Assembly: GCA_963741515.1 (NCBI GenBank)
Contig: CAVUIA010000009.1
Location: 32,287 to 96,286 of the forward strand
Direction: 5' to 3'
DNA from: an uncultured bacterium
GTDB taxonomy: Bacteria; Desulfobacterota; Deferrimicrobia; Deferrimicrobiales; Deferrimicrobiaceae
DNA length: 64,000 nt
Of the stretch, positions 38,830 to 48,918 are shown in pieces. The position numbers and the translations under genes were made by a program. The stretch's first letter is position 1, and each line of letters starts with the position of its first letter. The notes beneath the pieces were generated by a model that made no database searches, had not been told where the DNA came from, and was given only the letters and a program-made list of their open reading frames with translations.

Positions 38830-40368
38830 ATGGCCCGGATCGCCGCCATCGACATCGGTTCCAACGCGATCCGGTTCTACGTGGTCGAGACCGGCGGCGA
38901 GCAGCCGTACCGGGTCGTCGAGAACCTCCGGGAGCCGATCCGCCTGGGCGGCGACGTCTTCCTGACGGGGAAAATCCGGGAGGAGAACCTCCGGAAGGCC
39001 GAGGCCGCCTTCCGGAAGTTCCGCCTGCTCCTGAAGTCCCACGGGGTCCAGACCGTCCGGGCGGTCGCCACTTCCGCCACGCGGGAGGCCTCCAACGCCG
39101 AACTCCTCCTGAGCCGGCTGGAGCGCGCCTCCGGCATCCGCATCGAGATCATCGACGGGGAAGAGGAAGCCCGCCTGATCACCCTCGCCGTCGGGAAGAA
39201 GATCCCTCTCGGGAAGAAGAGCGCCGTCATCGTGGACCTCGGGGGAGGCTCGGTGGAGATCACCTTCGTCGAGAACGGGCGGATCACCCTGGCCGACTCG
39301 CACAACTTCGGCGCGGTGCGCCTTCTGGAAATGCTCTCCTCCGCCGAGGACGGCGCGCGCGGCGCCGGGCAGCTGCTGAACGAGTACATGGACCTCATCG
39401 GGGTGAAGCTTTCCCGCTGGAAGAACGGGAAGAGGGCCGCCCTGTTCATCGCCACCGGTGGGAACATCGAGGCGGTGGCCGCGATCCCCGACGTCGGCGC
39501 GGAGCCGCACCCCGACTACCCGGGCGCCCTGCGCATCCGGTCGGGGCAGCTCCGGCGCCTCATGGAGCAGCTCTCCGGGATGTCGCTGAAAAGCCGCATG
39601 GAGCGGTTCGGCCTGCGGGAAGACCGGGCCGACGTCATCCTCCCGGCCTGCTTCGTCTATCACCGGATCGCCGAGCTGAACGGCTCCGAGGAGATCATCG
39701 TCCCCCGGGTGAGCCTCAAGGACGGCATCGTCCAGGGGATCCTCGAGCGGGAAAAAGGGGTCGAGCACCTCCTGGACCTGCGGGAACAGGTGTGCGTGTC
39801 GTGCCGGGGGCTGGCCGCGCGGTACCGGCTGGACCCGAAGCATTCGGAAAAGGCCGCCGAGCTGGCGCTCCACCTCTACGACGCGACGGAATCGATCCAC
39901 GGGTTCGGCAAGCAGGAACGGATCTACCTGGAGGCGGCGGCGCTGCTGCACGACATCGGCTACTTCATCGGCATGCGGGGGCATCACAAGCACAGCCACT
40001 ACATCCTCGCCAACACCGAGATCGTGGGCCTCTCCCCCTCGGAGCGGCTCGTCGTCGCGGGGATCGCCCGGTACCACCGGAAATCCGTCCCCGCCATGAA
40101 CCATCCCGAGTTCGAGGCGCTCCCCAAGCGCGACCGCGACGTCGTCCGCTCCCTCTCGGCCATGCTGCGGGTCGCCGAGGCCCTCGACAGGGAGTACACG
40201 GGGGCGATCCGGGTGCTCGAGTGCCGCCTGGAGAACGAGACCCTTCTCCTGCGGGCGGCCTGCAGGAAATCGTGCGCGCTGGAAGACGCGAACATACGGA
40301 ACGCGACGTCGGTTTTCGGGGAACATTTCGGGATCGACGTCCGGCTGACCATCGAACCGGAAGGGTGA
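38830..40368 (+). CDS. ppx: Ppx/GppA exopolyphosphatase with HD domain
   Basis: AAIDIGSNAIR, ATSATREA, EEEARL, DLGGGSVE, LLHDIG, HHKHS. Confidence 0.93.
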   Translation: MARIAAIDIGSNAIRFYVVETGGEQPYRVVENLREPIRLGGDVFLTGKIREENLRKAEAAFRKFRLLLKSHGVQTVRAVATSATREASNAELLLSRLERASGIRIEIIDGEEEARLITLAVGKKIPLGKKSAVIVDLGGGSVEITFVENGRITLADSHNFGAVRLLEMLSSAEDGARGAGQLLNEYMDLIGVKLSRWKNGKRAALFIATGGNIEAVAAIPDVGAEPHPDYPGALRIRSGQLRRLMEQLSGMSLKSRMERFGLREDRADVILPACFVYHRIAELNGSEEIIVPRVSLKDGIVQGILEREKGVEHLLDLREQVCVSCRGLAARYRLDPKHSEKAAELALHLYDATESIHGFGKQERIYLEAAALLHDIGYFIGMRGHHKHSHYILANTEIVGLSPSERLVVAGIARYHRKSVPAMNHPEFEALPKRDRDVVRSLSAMLRVAEALDREYTGAIRVLECRLENETLLLRAACRKSCALEDANIRNATSVFGEHFGIDVRLTIEPEG

Positions 40369-41072
40369 TGAAGATGACGACGCAACCGCTGCGGAACGAC
40401 ACGCCGGGGAAACTGATCGCCGTCGAGGGGCTCGACGGCTCCGGCAAATCCACGCAGGTCTACCTCATCAAGCGGTGGCTGCAGCTCTCGGGGTACAAGG
40501 TCTTCTTCACGGAGTGGAACTCCTCCGCGATCGTCCGGGAGGCCACCAAAAAGGGGAAGAAGCGGAACCTCCTCACCCCGACGACGTTCTCCCTCATCCA
40601 CTGCACCGACTTCGCGGACCGGTACGAGCGGAACATCCTGCCGATGCTCAAGGCGGGGTTCATCGTCCTGGCCGACCGGTACAAGTTCACCGCCCTGGCG
40701 CGGGACACCGTGAGGGGATGCCCCATGGAATGGGTCGACCAGCTCTACAGCTTCGCGTTCCAGCCCGACATCACCTTCTACTTCTCCCTGCCGCTGCGCA
40801 CCGCGCTCGACCGGATCCTCACGGGGCGCCCGGAGCTCAAGTACCACGAGGCGGGCATGGACCTGGGGCTGTCCCCCGACCCGGTGGAGAGCTTCAAGCT
40901 CTTCCAGGGAAGGATCCGCAAGGCGTACGAGGGGCTCGCGCGGAAGCACCGCTTCACGCGGATCGACTCCGCCCGCCCCGTCGAGGCGATCCAGGAGGAG
41001 GTGCGGACCATCCTGAGGGACCGCATCGACCTGGCCCGGTACAAGGCCGTTTCCAGGGGGGCCGCCCGATGA
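40368..41072 (+). CDS. Thymidylate-kinase-like P-loop protein 1
   Basis: GKLIAVEGLDGSGKSTQ, DFADR, IVLADRY, EAGMD. Confidence 0.85.
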   Translation: MKMTTQPLRNDTPGKLIAVEGLDGSGKSTQVYLIKRWLQLSGYKVFFTEWNSSAIVREATKKGKKRNLLTPTTFSLIHCTDFADRYERNILPMLKAGFIVLADRYKFTALARDTVRGCPMEWVDQLYSFAFQPDITFYFSLPLRTALDRILTGRPELKYHEAGMDLGLSPDPVESFKLFQGRIRKAYEGLARKHRFTRIDSARPVEAIQEEVRTILRDRIDLARYKAVSRGAAR

Positions 41073-41773
41073 CCCGCTCAAAGAACTTCTCCTTCTTCGG
41101 CCAGGGGATCCCGGGAGTGAACGTTTCCGACCTCAAGGGGAAGCTCATCGTCCTGGAGGGGCCCGACGGCTCCGGGAGGAGCACGCAGATCGGGCTGCTC
41201 ACCGACTGGCTGGAGCGCCGGGGGCACGCGGTGGAGCACGCCGGGCTCAAACGGTCCACCCTGGTTTCCGCCGAACTGGCGAAGGCCAAGGAAGGGAACG
41301 TCCTCTCCCCCCGGACGTTGTCGCTCTTCTACGCCACCGACTTCGCCGACCAGCTGGAGAACCGGATCATCCCGGCGCTGCGGGCGGGGTTCATCGTGCT
41401 GGCCGACCGGTACATCTACACCCTGATGGCGCGCGACATCGTCCGGGGCGCGGACCTCGCCTGGCTGCAGTCCGTCTACAGCATCGCCCTCGTCCCCGAC
41501 CTCGTGCTGTACCTGCGCGTGTCGCCCCAGAAGCTGATCGAGCGGTTCATCTATCCCGGGCGGACGCTGGATTACTGGGAGTCGGGGATGGACATCGGAT
41601 ACAGCCGCTCCTGGTACGACTCGTTCATCCGGTACCAGACGGACCTGCACCGTGCGTTCCGGCGCCTGCAGGGGATCTACGGATTCGTCGCCGTGAACGG
41701 CGCGAGGACGCCGCGTTTCGTCAACCGGGAACTCAAGACCCGCATCGAATCCATCCTCGGCAAAAGCCCTTGA
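41069..41773 (+). CDS. Thymidylate-kinase-like P-loop protein 2 (Walker A K to R)
   Basis: GKLIVLEGPDGSGRSTQ, DFADQ, IVLADRY, ESGMD. Confidence 0.85.
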   Translation: MTRSKNFSFFGQGIPGVNVSDLKGKLIVLEGPDGSGRSTQIGLLTDWLERRGHAVEHAGLKRSTLVSAELAKAKEGNVLSPRTLSLFYATDFADQLENRIIPALRAGFIVLADRYIYTLMARDIVRGADLAWLQSVYSIALVPDLVLYLRVSPQKLIERFIYPGRTLDYWESGMDIGYSRSWYDSFIRYQTDLHRAFRRLQGIYGFVAVNGARTPRFVNRELKTRIESILGKSP

Positions 41774-41786
41774 GGAGAACGAATCC

Positions 41787-42128
41787 ATGGCAACCGTGAA
41801 AAAAACACCCACCCCGCAAAAGAAAAACATCCTGGCCGCCCTCGGGCGCAAACCGTCCCGGAAGGTGGCCCGGGAGATGCTGCTCCTCGAAACGCGCCGC
41901 CTCCGCGCGGTCTTCACCGAGATCGCGGAACGGTACCTGGAGGAGACGGAAGGCCGGATCGCGGCGGCGATCTCGGGAATCGAAGCGAAAAACCTGCCGG
42001 AACCCAAGGTCAGGAAATTGCTCGAGACCGTACAGGCATTGGACGTCAAGGTCCGGAAGGGACGCAGGAAAGACCTGGCCCGCATCGAAAAGGTGACGGA
42101 AATTCTCCTCAAGGCGCTCGAGGAGTAG
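41787..42128 (+). CDS. Small basic helical hypothetical protein
   Basis: 113-aa ORF with GAGGAG RBS between the kinase pair and CHAD. Confidence 0.7.
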   Translation: MATVKKTPTPQKKNILAALGRKPSRKVAREMLLLETRRLRAVFTEIAERYLEETEGRIAAAISGIEAKNLPEPKVRKLLETVQALDVKVRKGRRKDLARIEKVTEILLKALEE

Positions 42129-42136
42129 GAGCCGGC

Positions 42137-42988
42137 GTGGACGCCGCCTCCTTCCTGGCCGGATCCGGAAAGGAGCGGATCGGCCGGTTCCGCGCCCGGC
42201 TGAAGCGCGCCGCCGGGAACCCCGCCTCGGAAGAGGCCGTCCACGATCTCCGGGTTTCCATCCGGAGGCTTCTCGCCTGGATCGCCGCGTGGGAAGGGCT
42301 GCTCGGCCCGGACCCCGGGCTGGAGCGGGCGCGTTCCTCCCTGGAAAAGCTCATGTCCCCCCTGGGAAAGCTGCGCGACGCCCACGTGAAGCGCGACTGG
42401 ATCCGGAACCTCCTCCCCGAAGGGGACGCGCCGTCGTACCAGTACGCCGTCCTCGTGGCGAGCGACGTCCTGCGCCGCGAACGAGCCTGCCGCCGGCTGC
42501 TCCGGGAGCGATGGCCGGCGAGGATACGGATCGGGATCCCGGCAAACCGCGCCGCGGCGGGAGCCGGGGACGACGTTGGGGCGGCGGCGCGCCGGCTGCT
42601 CGCCGGATCGGCCCGGGAAGTGACGCGGCTCCGGCACGACGCCCTGGATCCCGCGAACCCGGCGGCCCTCCACCGGATGCGCCTGGCCTTCAAGCGGCAC
42701 CGGTACCTTCGGGAGGTGTTCGCTCCCCTCTTTCCGGACGCCGGCGGGACCGTCGTGAAACGCCACCAGGACTTCCAGACCCTCCTCGGGACGATCCACG
42801 ACTGCGACGTGATCCTGGCGGAATCGCGCTCCTTCATGAAGGGGATCCCCGGGCGGCGCGGCGGCGAATCCTCCGTGGAAACCGTTTTTTCGCGGCTGCG
42901 GGAAGAGCGGTTCCTGGAATTCCGACGGGTCGCGGGGACGGCCCGGGGGCTGGACGGGATTCTCCATGCCGGATTGCGAACAAGATGA
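42137..42988 (+). CDS. CHAD domain (polyphosphate-binding) protein
   Basis: VHDLRVSIRR, LGKLRD, LHRMRLAFKRHRY, QTLLGTIHD. Confidence 0.88.
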   Translation: MDAASFLAGSGKERIGRFRARLKRAAGNPASEEAVHDLRVSIRRLLAWIAAWEGLLGPDPGLERARSSLEKLMSPLGKLRDAHVKRDWIRNLLPEGDAPSYQYAVLVASDVLRRERACRRLLRERWPARIRIGIPANRAAAGAGDDVGAAARRLLAGSAREVTRLRHDALDPANPAALHRMRLAFKRHRYLREVFAPLFPDAGGTVVKRHQDFQTLLGTIHDCDVILAESRSFMKGIPGRRGGESSVETVFSRLREERFLEFRRVAGTARGLDGILHAGLRTR

Positions 42989-43025
42989 TAGATTCGACTG
43001 CGACATTCGGACAGGAGGGTCACCC

Positions 43026-44030
43026 ATGAGATACCTGGTCCTGGGGAGCGGGCCGGCCGGAATCGCGGCCGCCAAGGAGGCGCGCCGGCACGACAAGGGC
43101 GCCGAAATCGTCATCGCCACGGAGGAGCACGCCGCCCCGTACCTGCGGCCCGCCCTGCCCGACCTGGTTTCGGGCGAACGGGAGCCTTCCGGCATGGCCA
43201 ACCCGCAGGCGAAGGACCTCGCGGAGTCGGGGATCCGGATCCTCCACGGGAAGCGGGCCCGTCGGGTCGACGCGGAGAAGAACAGCGTCGCCTTCACCGA
43301 CGGCTCCGGGGAGACGTACAACTTCCTCTGCATCGCCACGGGGGGGCGGCCCATCATGCCTCCGGCGCTCATGGCGACGCCGGGCGCGATCCTGGTCCTC
43401 AACTCCCTGGGCGACGCCCGGCGGCTGCGGGAACGGGCGATGCGTTCCGACGTCGCCGTGGTCTTCGGCCCCGGCTACCTCGGCATCGAGGCGGCCCGGG
43501 CGCTGCGGATGGCCGGCAGCCAGGTGACCTGGATCAGCCCCGGGCCGCCCCGGCTGGGAAACCCGATCCCGGCGGACGTCGAGGCGCGGGTGATCGGCAG
43601 CCTCCGCTCGAAGGGCGTGAAGACGATGGAAGGCGTCGGGATCGCCGACGTGATCGACGTCGACGGCAGGGACTGCGACGTCGTGACGACGGCGGGCGAG
43701 ACGATCCGCTGCTCGCTGGTCGTGGCGGCCACCGAGCGGACCCCGGACATCGGCTTCCTCGAGGGAAGCGGGGTGAACACGGGCACGGGGGTGCTCGTTA
43801 CCGAATATCTCGGGACCAACATCTCCAACATCTTCGCCGCGGGCGACTGCGCCGAGGTGTACGACATCAACCGCCGCGAGAGCCGGATCAATTTCGGGTG
43901 GCGCAGCGCGATCAAGCAGGGACAGCTCGCCGGCGGGAACATGGCCGGCGGGGAAGGCGTCTTCATCAAGAACTCCGAGGACTACTTCGGGCTGCTCTTC
44001 GGCGCCTCGCTGCTGGAACGCATCAAGTGA
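43026..44030 (+). CDS. FAD-dependent pyridine nucleotide oxidoreductase (rubredoxin-reductase-like)
   Basis: GSGPAG, YLRP, IATGG, GPGYLGIE, IFAAGDCA. Confidence 0.85.
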   Translation: MRYLVLGSGPAGIAAAKEARRHDKGAEIVIATEEHAAPYLRPALPDLVSGEREPSGMANPQAKDLAESGIRILHGKRARRVDAEKNSVAFTDGSGETYNFLCIATGGRPIMPPALMATPGAILVLNSLGDARRLRERAMRSDVAVVFGPGYLGIEAARALRMAGSQVTWISPGPPRLGNPIPADVEARVIGSLRSKGVKTMEGVGIADVIDVDGRDCDVVTTAGETIRCSLVVAATERTPDIGFLEGSGVNTGTGVLVTEYLGTNISNIFAAGDCAEVYDINRRESRINFGWRSAIKQGQLAGGNMAGGEGVFIKNSEDYFGLLFGASLLERIK

Positions 44031-44051
44031 CCGCTATGGGATAATGCAGGT

Positions 44052-44231
44052 ATGGACAAGAACCGATGCATGATCTGCGCGAAACCGGGCGCCTTCCAGG
44101 GAGGGATCTGCGACCCGTGCAAGGCGAAGATCCGCGGCGAAGCGCTCGAGCAGCAGGAACAGGTCAAAAAGGACGCCGACCGTTCCCTCCACAAGGAAGG
44201 AACGGCCGGCGAAAGCAAACACCGGGGGTGA
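44052..44231 (+). CDS. 59-aa CxxC-CxxC microprotein (below the ORF-track cutoff)
   Basis: MDKNRCMICAKPGAFQGGICDPCKAKIRGEALEQQEQVKKDADRSLHKEG...; GATAAT upstream; fills the gap. Confidence 0.6.
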   Translation: MDKNRCMICAKPGAFQGGICDPCKAKIRGEALEQQEQVKKDADRSLHKEGTAGESKHRG

Positions 44232-44236
44232 CGGTC

Positions 44237-45448
44237 TTAAGCCGCCGCGCCCCCGACGGCCTCCGCGTATTTCTTCCCGAACTCGAAGCAGGTCTGCAGG
44301 TCCGCCTCGGTGGGCGTCATCTTGAACTTGATCGGCTCGGGGAAGATCTTGATCCGCATCGCGCCCATGATGTCCGTTACGATCTTGGTCGCCTCCCCGC
44401 TCCAGCCGAAGGAGCCGAACGCGGACGAGGTGAGCCCCTTCACGTTCAGGCACGACCAGGTAGCCGAGCATGGCTGTAGATCGGGTGCGGCAGGTTGCTG
44501 TTGAGCGTCGGCGCGCCGATCAGGAAGCCGATCGACTCGTCGAGCTCGTCGAGGATCTTGTGGATCGAGACGTCCGCGCCGTCGAGCAGCACCGGCTTGC
44601 AGCCGGCGGCGGCCACCCCTTCGGCCACCTTCTTCGCCATCATGGTGGTGTTGCCGTAGGCGGAGACGTAGATGATCGCCACCTTCTTTTCGGTCTTGCG
44701 CTTTTCCAGCGGAACGGCTGCGCGCTCCCGCCAGATGGACATGACCTCCCTCCACGACTTCCGGAGCACCGGCCCGTGGGACGGCGCGACCATCGCGATC
44801 GGGAGGTCCTTGATCCGCTCGCACGCCTGGAGGACCGGCTCCTTGAACGGCCGGAAGATCATGCTGTTGTAAACGATCAAGGCGTTTTTCAGCTTGTCCG
44901 ACGGCTCGATCTCGTCGTCGAAGATCTTCCCGGTCGCGAAGTGGCGCCCGAGGAAGTCGCACGTGAAGAGGACCTTGTCCTCCACCGCGTAGGTGAACAT
45001 GGTGTCGGGCCAGTGGAGGAACGGCTGGACCATGAACCGGAGCGTCTTGCCTCCGAGGGAGATCTCCTCGTTGTCGTTGACGACATGCGCATTGTACGGA
45101 CCGTTCACGATGTTGTCGATGAACGTCTTGGCGGAACGGGTCAGGTAGACCGGGACCTTCGGGTTGCGCTTCAGAAAGTCCACGATCCCGCCGGCGTGGT
45201 CGGGTTCCGAGTGGTTGACGACCAGGTACGTCGACCTTCTCGACGGCGACGATCTCCTCGATGCTTTTCATCCACTCGTCGGTGAAGCCCCGCTTGACGC
45301 AGTCGATGAGGGCGGTCTTCTCCGTCCCCTTGACGAGGTAGGAGTTGTACGTCGTCCCGGACTCGGTCGGGATGACGATGTCGAACACGGTCAGGCCGGG
45401 GTCGTTGACCCCGACGTAGTAGATGTCCTTCGCAAGTGTCGTGGCCAC
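44237..45448 (-). CDS. fprA: FprA flavodiiron protein, frameshifts near 45230 and 44470
   Basis: FDIVIPTESGTTYNSYL, NHSEPDH, LHWPD, FTCDF, PSHGP, SAYGNT, FGSFGWSG. Confidence 0.9.
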   Translation of the reverse strand: MATTLAKDIYYVGVNDPGLTVFDIVIPTESGTTYNSYLVKGTEKTALIDCVKRGFTDEWMKSIEEIVAVEKVDVPGRQPLGTRPRRRDRGLSEAQPEGPGLPDPFRQDVHRQHRERSVQCACRQRQRGDLPRRQDAPVHGPAVPPLARHHVHLRGGGQGPLHVRLPRAPLRDREDLRRRDRAVGQAEKRLDRLQQHDLPAVQGAGPPGVRADQGPPDRDGRAVPRAGAPEVVEGGHVHLAGARSRSAGKAQDRKEGGDHLRLRLRQHHHDGEEGGRRGGRRRLQAGAARRRGRLDPQDPRRARRVDRLPDRRADAQQQPAAPDLQPCSATWSCLNVKGLTSSAFGSFGWSGEATKIVTDIMGAMRIKIFPEPIKFKMTPTEADLQTCFEFGKKYAEAVGGAAA

Positions 45449-45609
45449 TACTTTTCCTCCTCGAACTCTTCCTTGCCGACGCCGCACTTCGGGCAGATCC
45501 AGTCGGCCGGGACCTTCTCCCAGGGGGTGCCCGCCGGCACGCCGTGTTCGGGGTCGCCCTTCGCGGGGTCGTAGATCCAACCGCAGACATTGCACCTGTA
45601 AGTTTTCAT
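45448..45609 (-). CDS. Rubredoxin
   Basis: [20 protein letters not shown]. Confidence 0.95.
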   Translation of the reverse strand: MKTYRCNVCGWIYDPAKGDPEHGVPAGTPWEKVPADWICPKCGVGKEEFEEEK

Positions 45610-45659
45610 CGACTCGCTCCTTTCAGGAGTGGCTTGGTTAGGACACCGGGTTATCCGCG

Positions 45660-45821
45660 CTACTTCACTTCCTCGAATTCTTCCTTGCCCACGCCGCAGA
45701 GCGGGCAGCACCAGTCGGCCGGAACCTTTTCCCAGGGGGTGCCCGGCGGCACGCCGTTGTTCGGGTCGCCCTTCGCGGGGTCGTAGACGTAGCCGCAGAC
45801 ATTACACCTGTACTGTTTCAT
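45660..45821 (-). CDS. Rubredoxin
   Basis: [20 protein letters not shown]. Confidence 0.95.
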   Translation of the reverse strand: MKQYRCNVCGYVYDPAKGDPNNGVPPGTPWEKVPADWCCPLCGVGKEEFEEVK

Positions 45822-45854
45822 CGGGACGCTCCTCTCCGGCAAAATTGATTATTG

Positions 45855-46554
45855 TTAAATGCTAACTTTGGATGCCGCGAATTGCAACACGGTGCGAACA
45901 ATTTGAGGCACGGTGCGGATCCCGCGCTTTTTTTTCGCACGGAGCCGCTCCCACTGCGCTTCCGGGAAGCCCGGCGGAGGGAGGACAAGGCCCGGGCGGA
46001 CGACCCCGACGCGGATCCCCGGGGGCAGGGTCCCCGCCAGCCCTTCCGCGTACGCCTCGAGGCGCGATCTTCGAGAGGCAGTACGGAAGGTACGACGGCC
46101 AGAGCTCCCCGGCCATCGCGTCCCCGATGAAGCAGATCCCCGCCCCTTCCGGGCCCCGGGCCATCAAGGGAAGCAGCGCCCGGGTCAGCAGCGACGGCCC
46201 GCGGAGGTTCACGGCGAACACCGCGTCCCATTCGGCGGGGGTCACGGTTTCCAGCGGCGTCCGGGGAAAGACGGCCGCGTTGTGGACCAGCAGGTCCAGC
46301 CGGCCGTATTCCGCCGCCAGCCGGGCCGCGAACCGGGCAAAAGTCGCCGGGCGGGACAGGTCGAGGCGGAACGCCTTCCCGCCGAGCCCCGCGGCGAGCG
46401 TTCCGGCCTCCCGCCGGGAAGTCCGGTACGTGAGGACGACGACATAACCGGCCCGCCCGAGGGCGGCGGCGATCTCCGCGCCGATCCTCCGGCCCCCGCC
46501 CGTGACCAGGGCGACCTTTTTCCCGCCGGAAGCGTCCTGAACCCGGTTTTTCAT
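45855..46554 (-). CDS. SDR oxidoreductase, pteridine reductase/FolM-like, frameshifted near 46060
   Basis: [20 protein letters not shown]; continues [12 protein letters not shown] in the shifted frame. Confidence 0.8.
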
Positions 46555-46608
46555 CGGGGGCCCCCGTTCAGTGGTATCTTTTTTATATCATCAGCGACGG
46601 AGGAAGGA

Positions 46609-47163
46609 TTGGAGAGCGCGGGCGGCACGTTCCTGGAGATCCCGTTCATCGCGGCGGACGTGGAAACGACCGGCCTCTCGGCGGCCGCGGGGCACCGGGT
46701 GTGCGAGATCGCCTTCCTCCGCTTCCTCCGCGGGTCGGTGATCGACTCCTTCGTCTCCCTGGTGAACCCGCTGCGGCCCATCGACCCGGGCGCAAGCGCG
46801 GTCAACGGCATCTCCGACGAGATGGTGGCGGGCGCGCCGCCCTTCGCCGACCTCTTCCCCGGGATCCTCGAGTTCCTCGGCGACGACCCGCTGGTGTTCC
46901 ACAACGCCCCGTTCGACCTCTCGTTCCTGCGCGCCGAGGCCCGCCTGGCGGGAGGCAGGTGGCCGGGGAACCGCGTGGTGGACACGCTGGAGATGGCCCG
47001 CCGCACGGGCCGGTTCCGCTCCAATTCCCTGCCTTCCATCTGCCGGGAGCTCGGCATCGGCTCCGGCTTCCACCGGGCGGAGGCCGACGCCTGGGCGGCC
47101 GGCAAGCTGCTCCTGCACCTTGCCCCGGCGGGTATTACCGCGAGACTTTCCTCTTCCGGGTGA
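46609..47163 (+). CDS. DEDDh 3'-5' exonuclease (DnaQ-like)
   Basis: DVETTG, HNAPFD, DTL, HRAEADA. Confidence 0.88.
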   Translation: MESAGGTFLEIPFIAADVETTGLSAAAGHRVCEIAFLRFLRGSVIDSFVSLVNPLRPIDPGASAVNGISDEMVAGAPPFADLFPGILEFLGDDPLVFHNAPFDLSFLRAEARLAGGRWPGNRVVDTLEMARRTGRFRSNSLPSICRELGIGSGFHRAEADAWAAGKLLLHLAPAGITARLSSSG

Positions 47164-48269
47164 CCGAGGCGGCGTCCACCTTCCGGCGGTACGCCCGCGT
47201 CAGCTCCCCGAGCATCCCTTCCCGGCGGTCGTAGAGGCGCTTCAACGGGCGCTTGCCCACCCGGTCGAACGCACAGGCGCACAGCAGCGGCAGCGCGATC
47301 GTGGTGTCGACGTAGCAGACCACCGTATCGGGCAGCTTGTCCGGGTCGACCTTCCCCCAGGAGACCGCCTCCGACGGGCGTGGCGCCGGACAGGCCTCCG
47401 GTGTCGGGGCGCGCGTCGGTGATCTGCAGGAAGTAGTCGTGCCCCTTCTCGTCGATGCCCGAGCACCTCCTGGATCTGCGGCTCGGTCTGGAGCATGAAG
47501 TTCTTCGGCGAGCCGCCGCCCAGGATCCAGACCGCGCTCTTCCCCCGGTTCCTCTTCGCGTCGTAGACGATCGACGCCGTCTCGTTCACGTCGAGCGCCG
47601 ACGTCGATCTTCACGCCTTTGCCGTCCAGGCGCATCGCCGCGATGTTCATGCCGATGGACGAGTCCCCGGGCGACGAGGTGTAGACGGGCACGCCGCACC
47701 GCCACGCCGCCGCCAGCAGGCTCACCTCGCCGGCCCGCAGCGCCCGCTCCCGCTCGCCATGTACTTCCCGCAGGCGGTAGTGGAACTCGGCCGTCCCCAT
47801 CTCGGCCTGGAACTCCGGCAGGTCGAGCACCTGGCGGAAGAAGGCGTCGGTGTCGAGAAGCACGTCGTAGTCGAAGAGGACGTCGTAGATCCGGACGACC
47901 CCCTCGTCGCGCAGGAGCCGGTCGTCGAGGAACGGGGAGCCCCGCGTGCAGGGAGAGCCCCAGGCCGAAGTGCGCGTCGTGGTACAGGTTCGCCCCGGTG
48001 GACACGATCCAGTCGACGAACCCCGCCTTGAGCAGCGGCACGAGGCAGGACACGCCCAGCCCCGCCGGCGTGAGCGCCCCGGTCAGCGACAGCCCCACCG
48101 TGGAATCCGGCGCGAGCATCCGCTCCGAAAGAAGCCGCGCTCCTTCCCGAAGCCTCCCCGCGTTGTAGGCGAGGAACGACTTTTCCACCAGGTCGGAAGC
48201 GGTCATCCCTTTTCCGACGGGCGGGGGAAGGATGCGCGCGCCGCCCAGAAATCTCGATCGTTTCGCCAT
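47135..48269 (-). CDS. Deoxyhypusine-synthase-like protein, several frameshifts
   Basis: [44 protein letters not shown] spread over three frames. Confidence 0.85.
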
Positions 48270-48438
48270 GGGGATCGCCTCCGGAACCGGGAAGATGCGG
48301 GAATTATACCATCCCGGCAAAGCGAGTCCCCATCCCCGGGGAAAGCCGGGCGTCCCGGTGTCTTGCTTTGCGGTTGGGGCATCCCGAATCTGCGTTACAA
48401 TAAAACATTGTTTAAATATCTTTTAAGGGAGGTTGCAG

Positions 48439-48891
48439 ATGGTAAGGAATCTTATCGCCGCGTTCGCTGTGCTGTTGATTTCGGTTCCATGCTTCGCCGC
48501 AGAGGCCGTGACCTACGAAAAGGACATCAAGGGGATCGTCGCCAAGCGGTGCTTCGCCTGCCATGGCCCGCAAGCGCCTTCGATGGACGAGTTCAAAAAG
48601 GACGAGGAAGGGTACAAGAAGAAGATGAAGGGGCCGAAATACGACAGCTACAAGGAGCTGCTCGTGGTGGTCAAGGGATCGGATGCCGGCGCCCTGATGA
48701 GACGGCTGGACGACGGCAAGAACACCAAGGACGGAAAGCCGGGCAACATGTACGCCTACCTCGGGAGCACCGACGCGGAGAGAGCGGCGAACCTCGAGAC
48801 GTTCAAGAAATGGGTCGGCAGCTGGACCCTGAAGAGGAAGAAGGAGCTGAGCGCCGAGGAGCTGGATGCGATCAAGGCACCCGAGAAATAG
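48439..48891 (+). CDS. Periplasmic monoheme cytochrome c
   Basis: Signal peptide, CFACH, distal Met (PGNM). Confidence 0.8.
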   Translation: MVRNLIAAFAVLLISVPCFAAEAVTYEKDIKGIVAKRCFACHGPQAPSMDEFKKDEEGYKKKMKGPKYDSYKELLVVVKGSDAGALMRRLDDGKNTKDGKPGNMYAYLGSTDAERAANLETFKKWVGSWTLKRKKELSAEELDAIKAPEK

Positions 48892-48918
48892 TTCCGCCGC
48901 TTAAGTTATAATCCTCGG

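Noticed and set aside
45845-45858. FNR-like box TTGAT-N4-GTTAA upstream of rubredoxins
   Set aside because: Second half-site is only 3/5 and overlaps the SDR stop; plausible but unsupported
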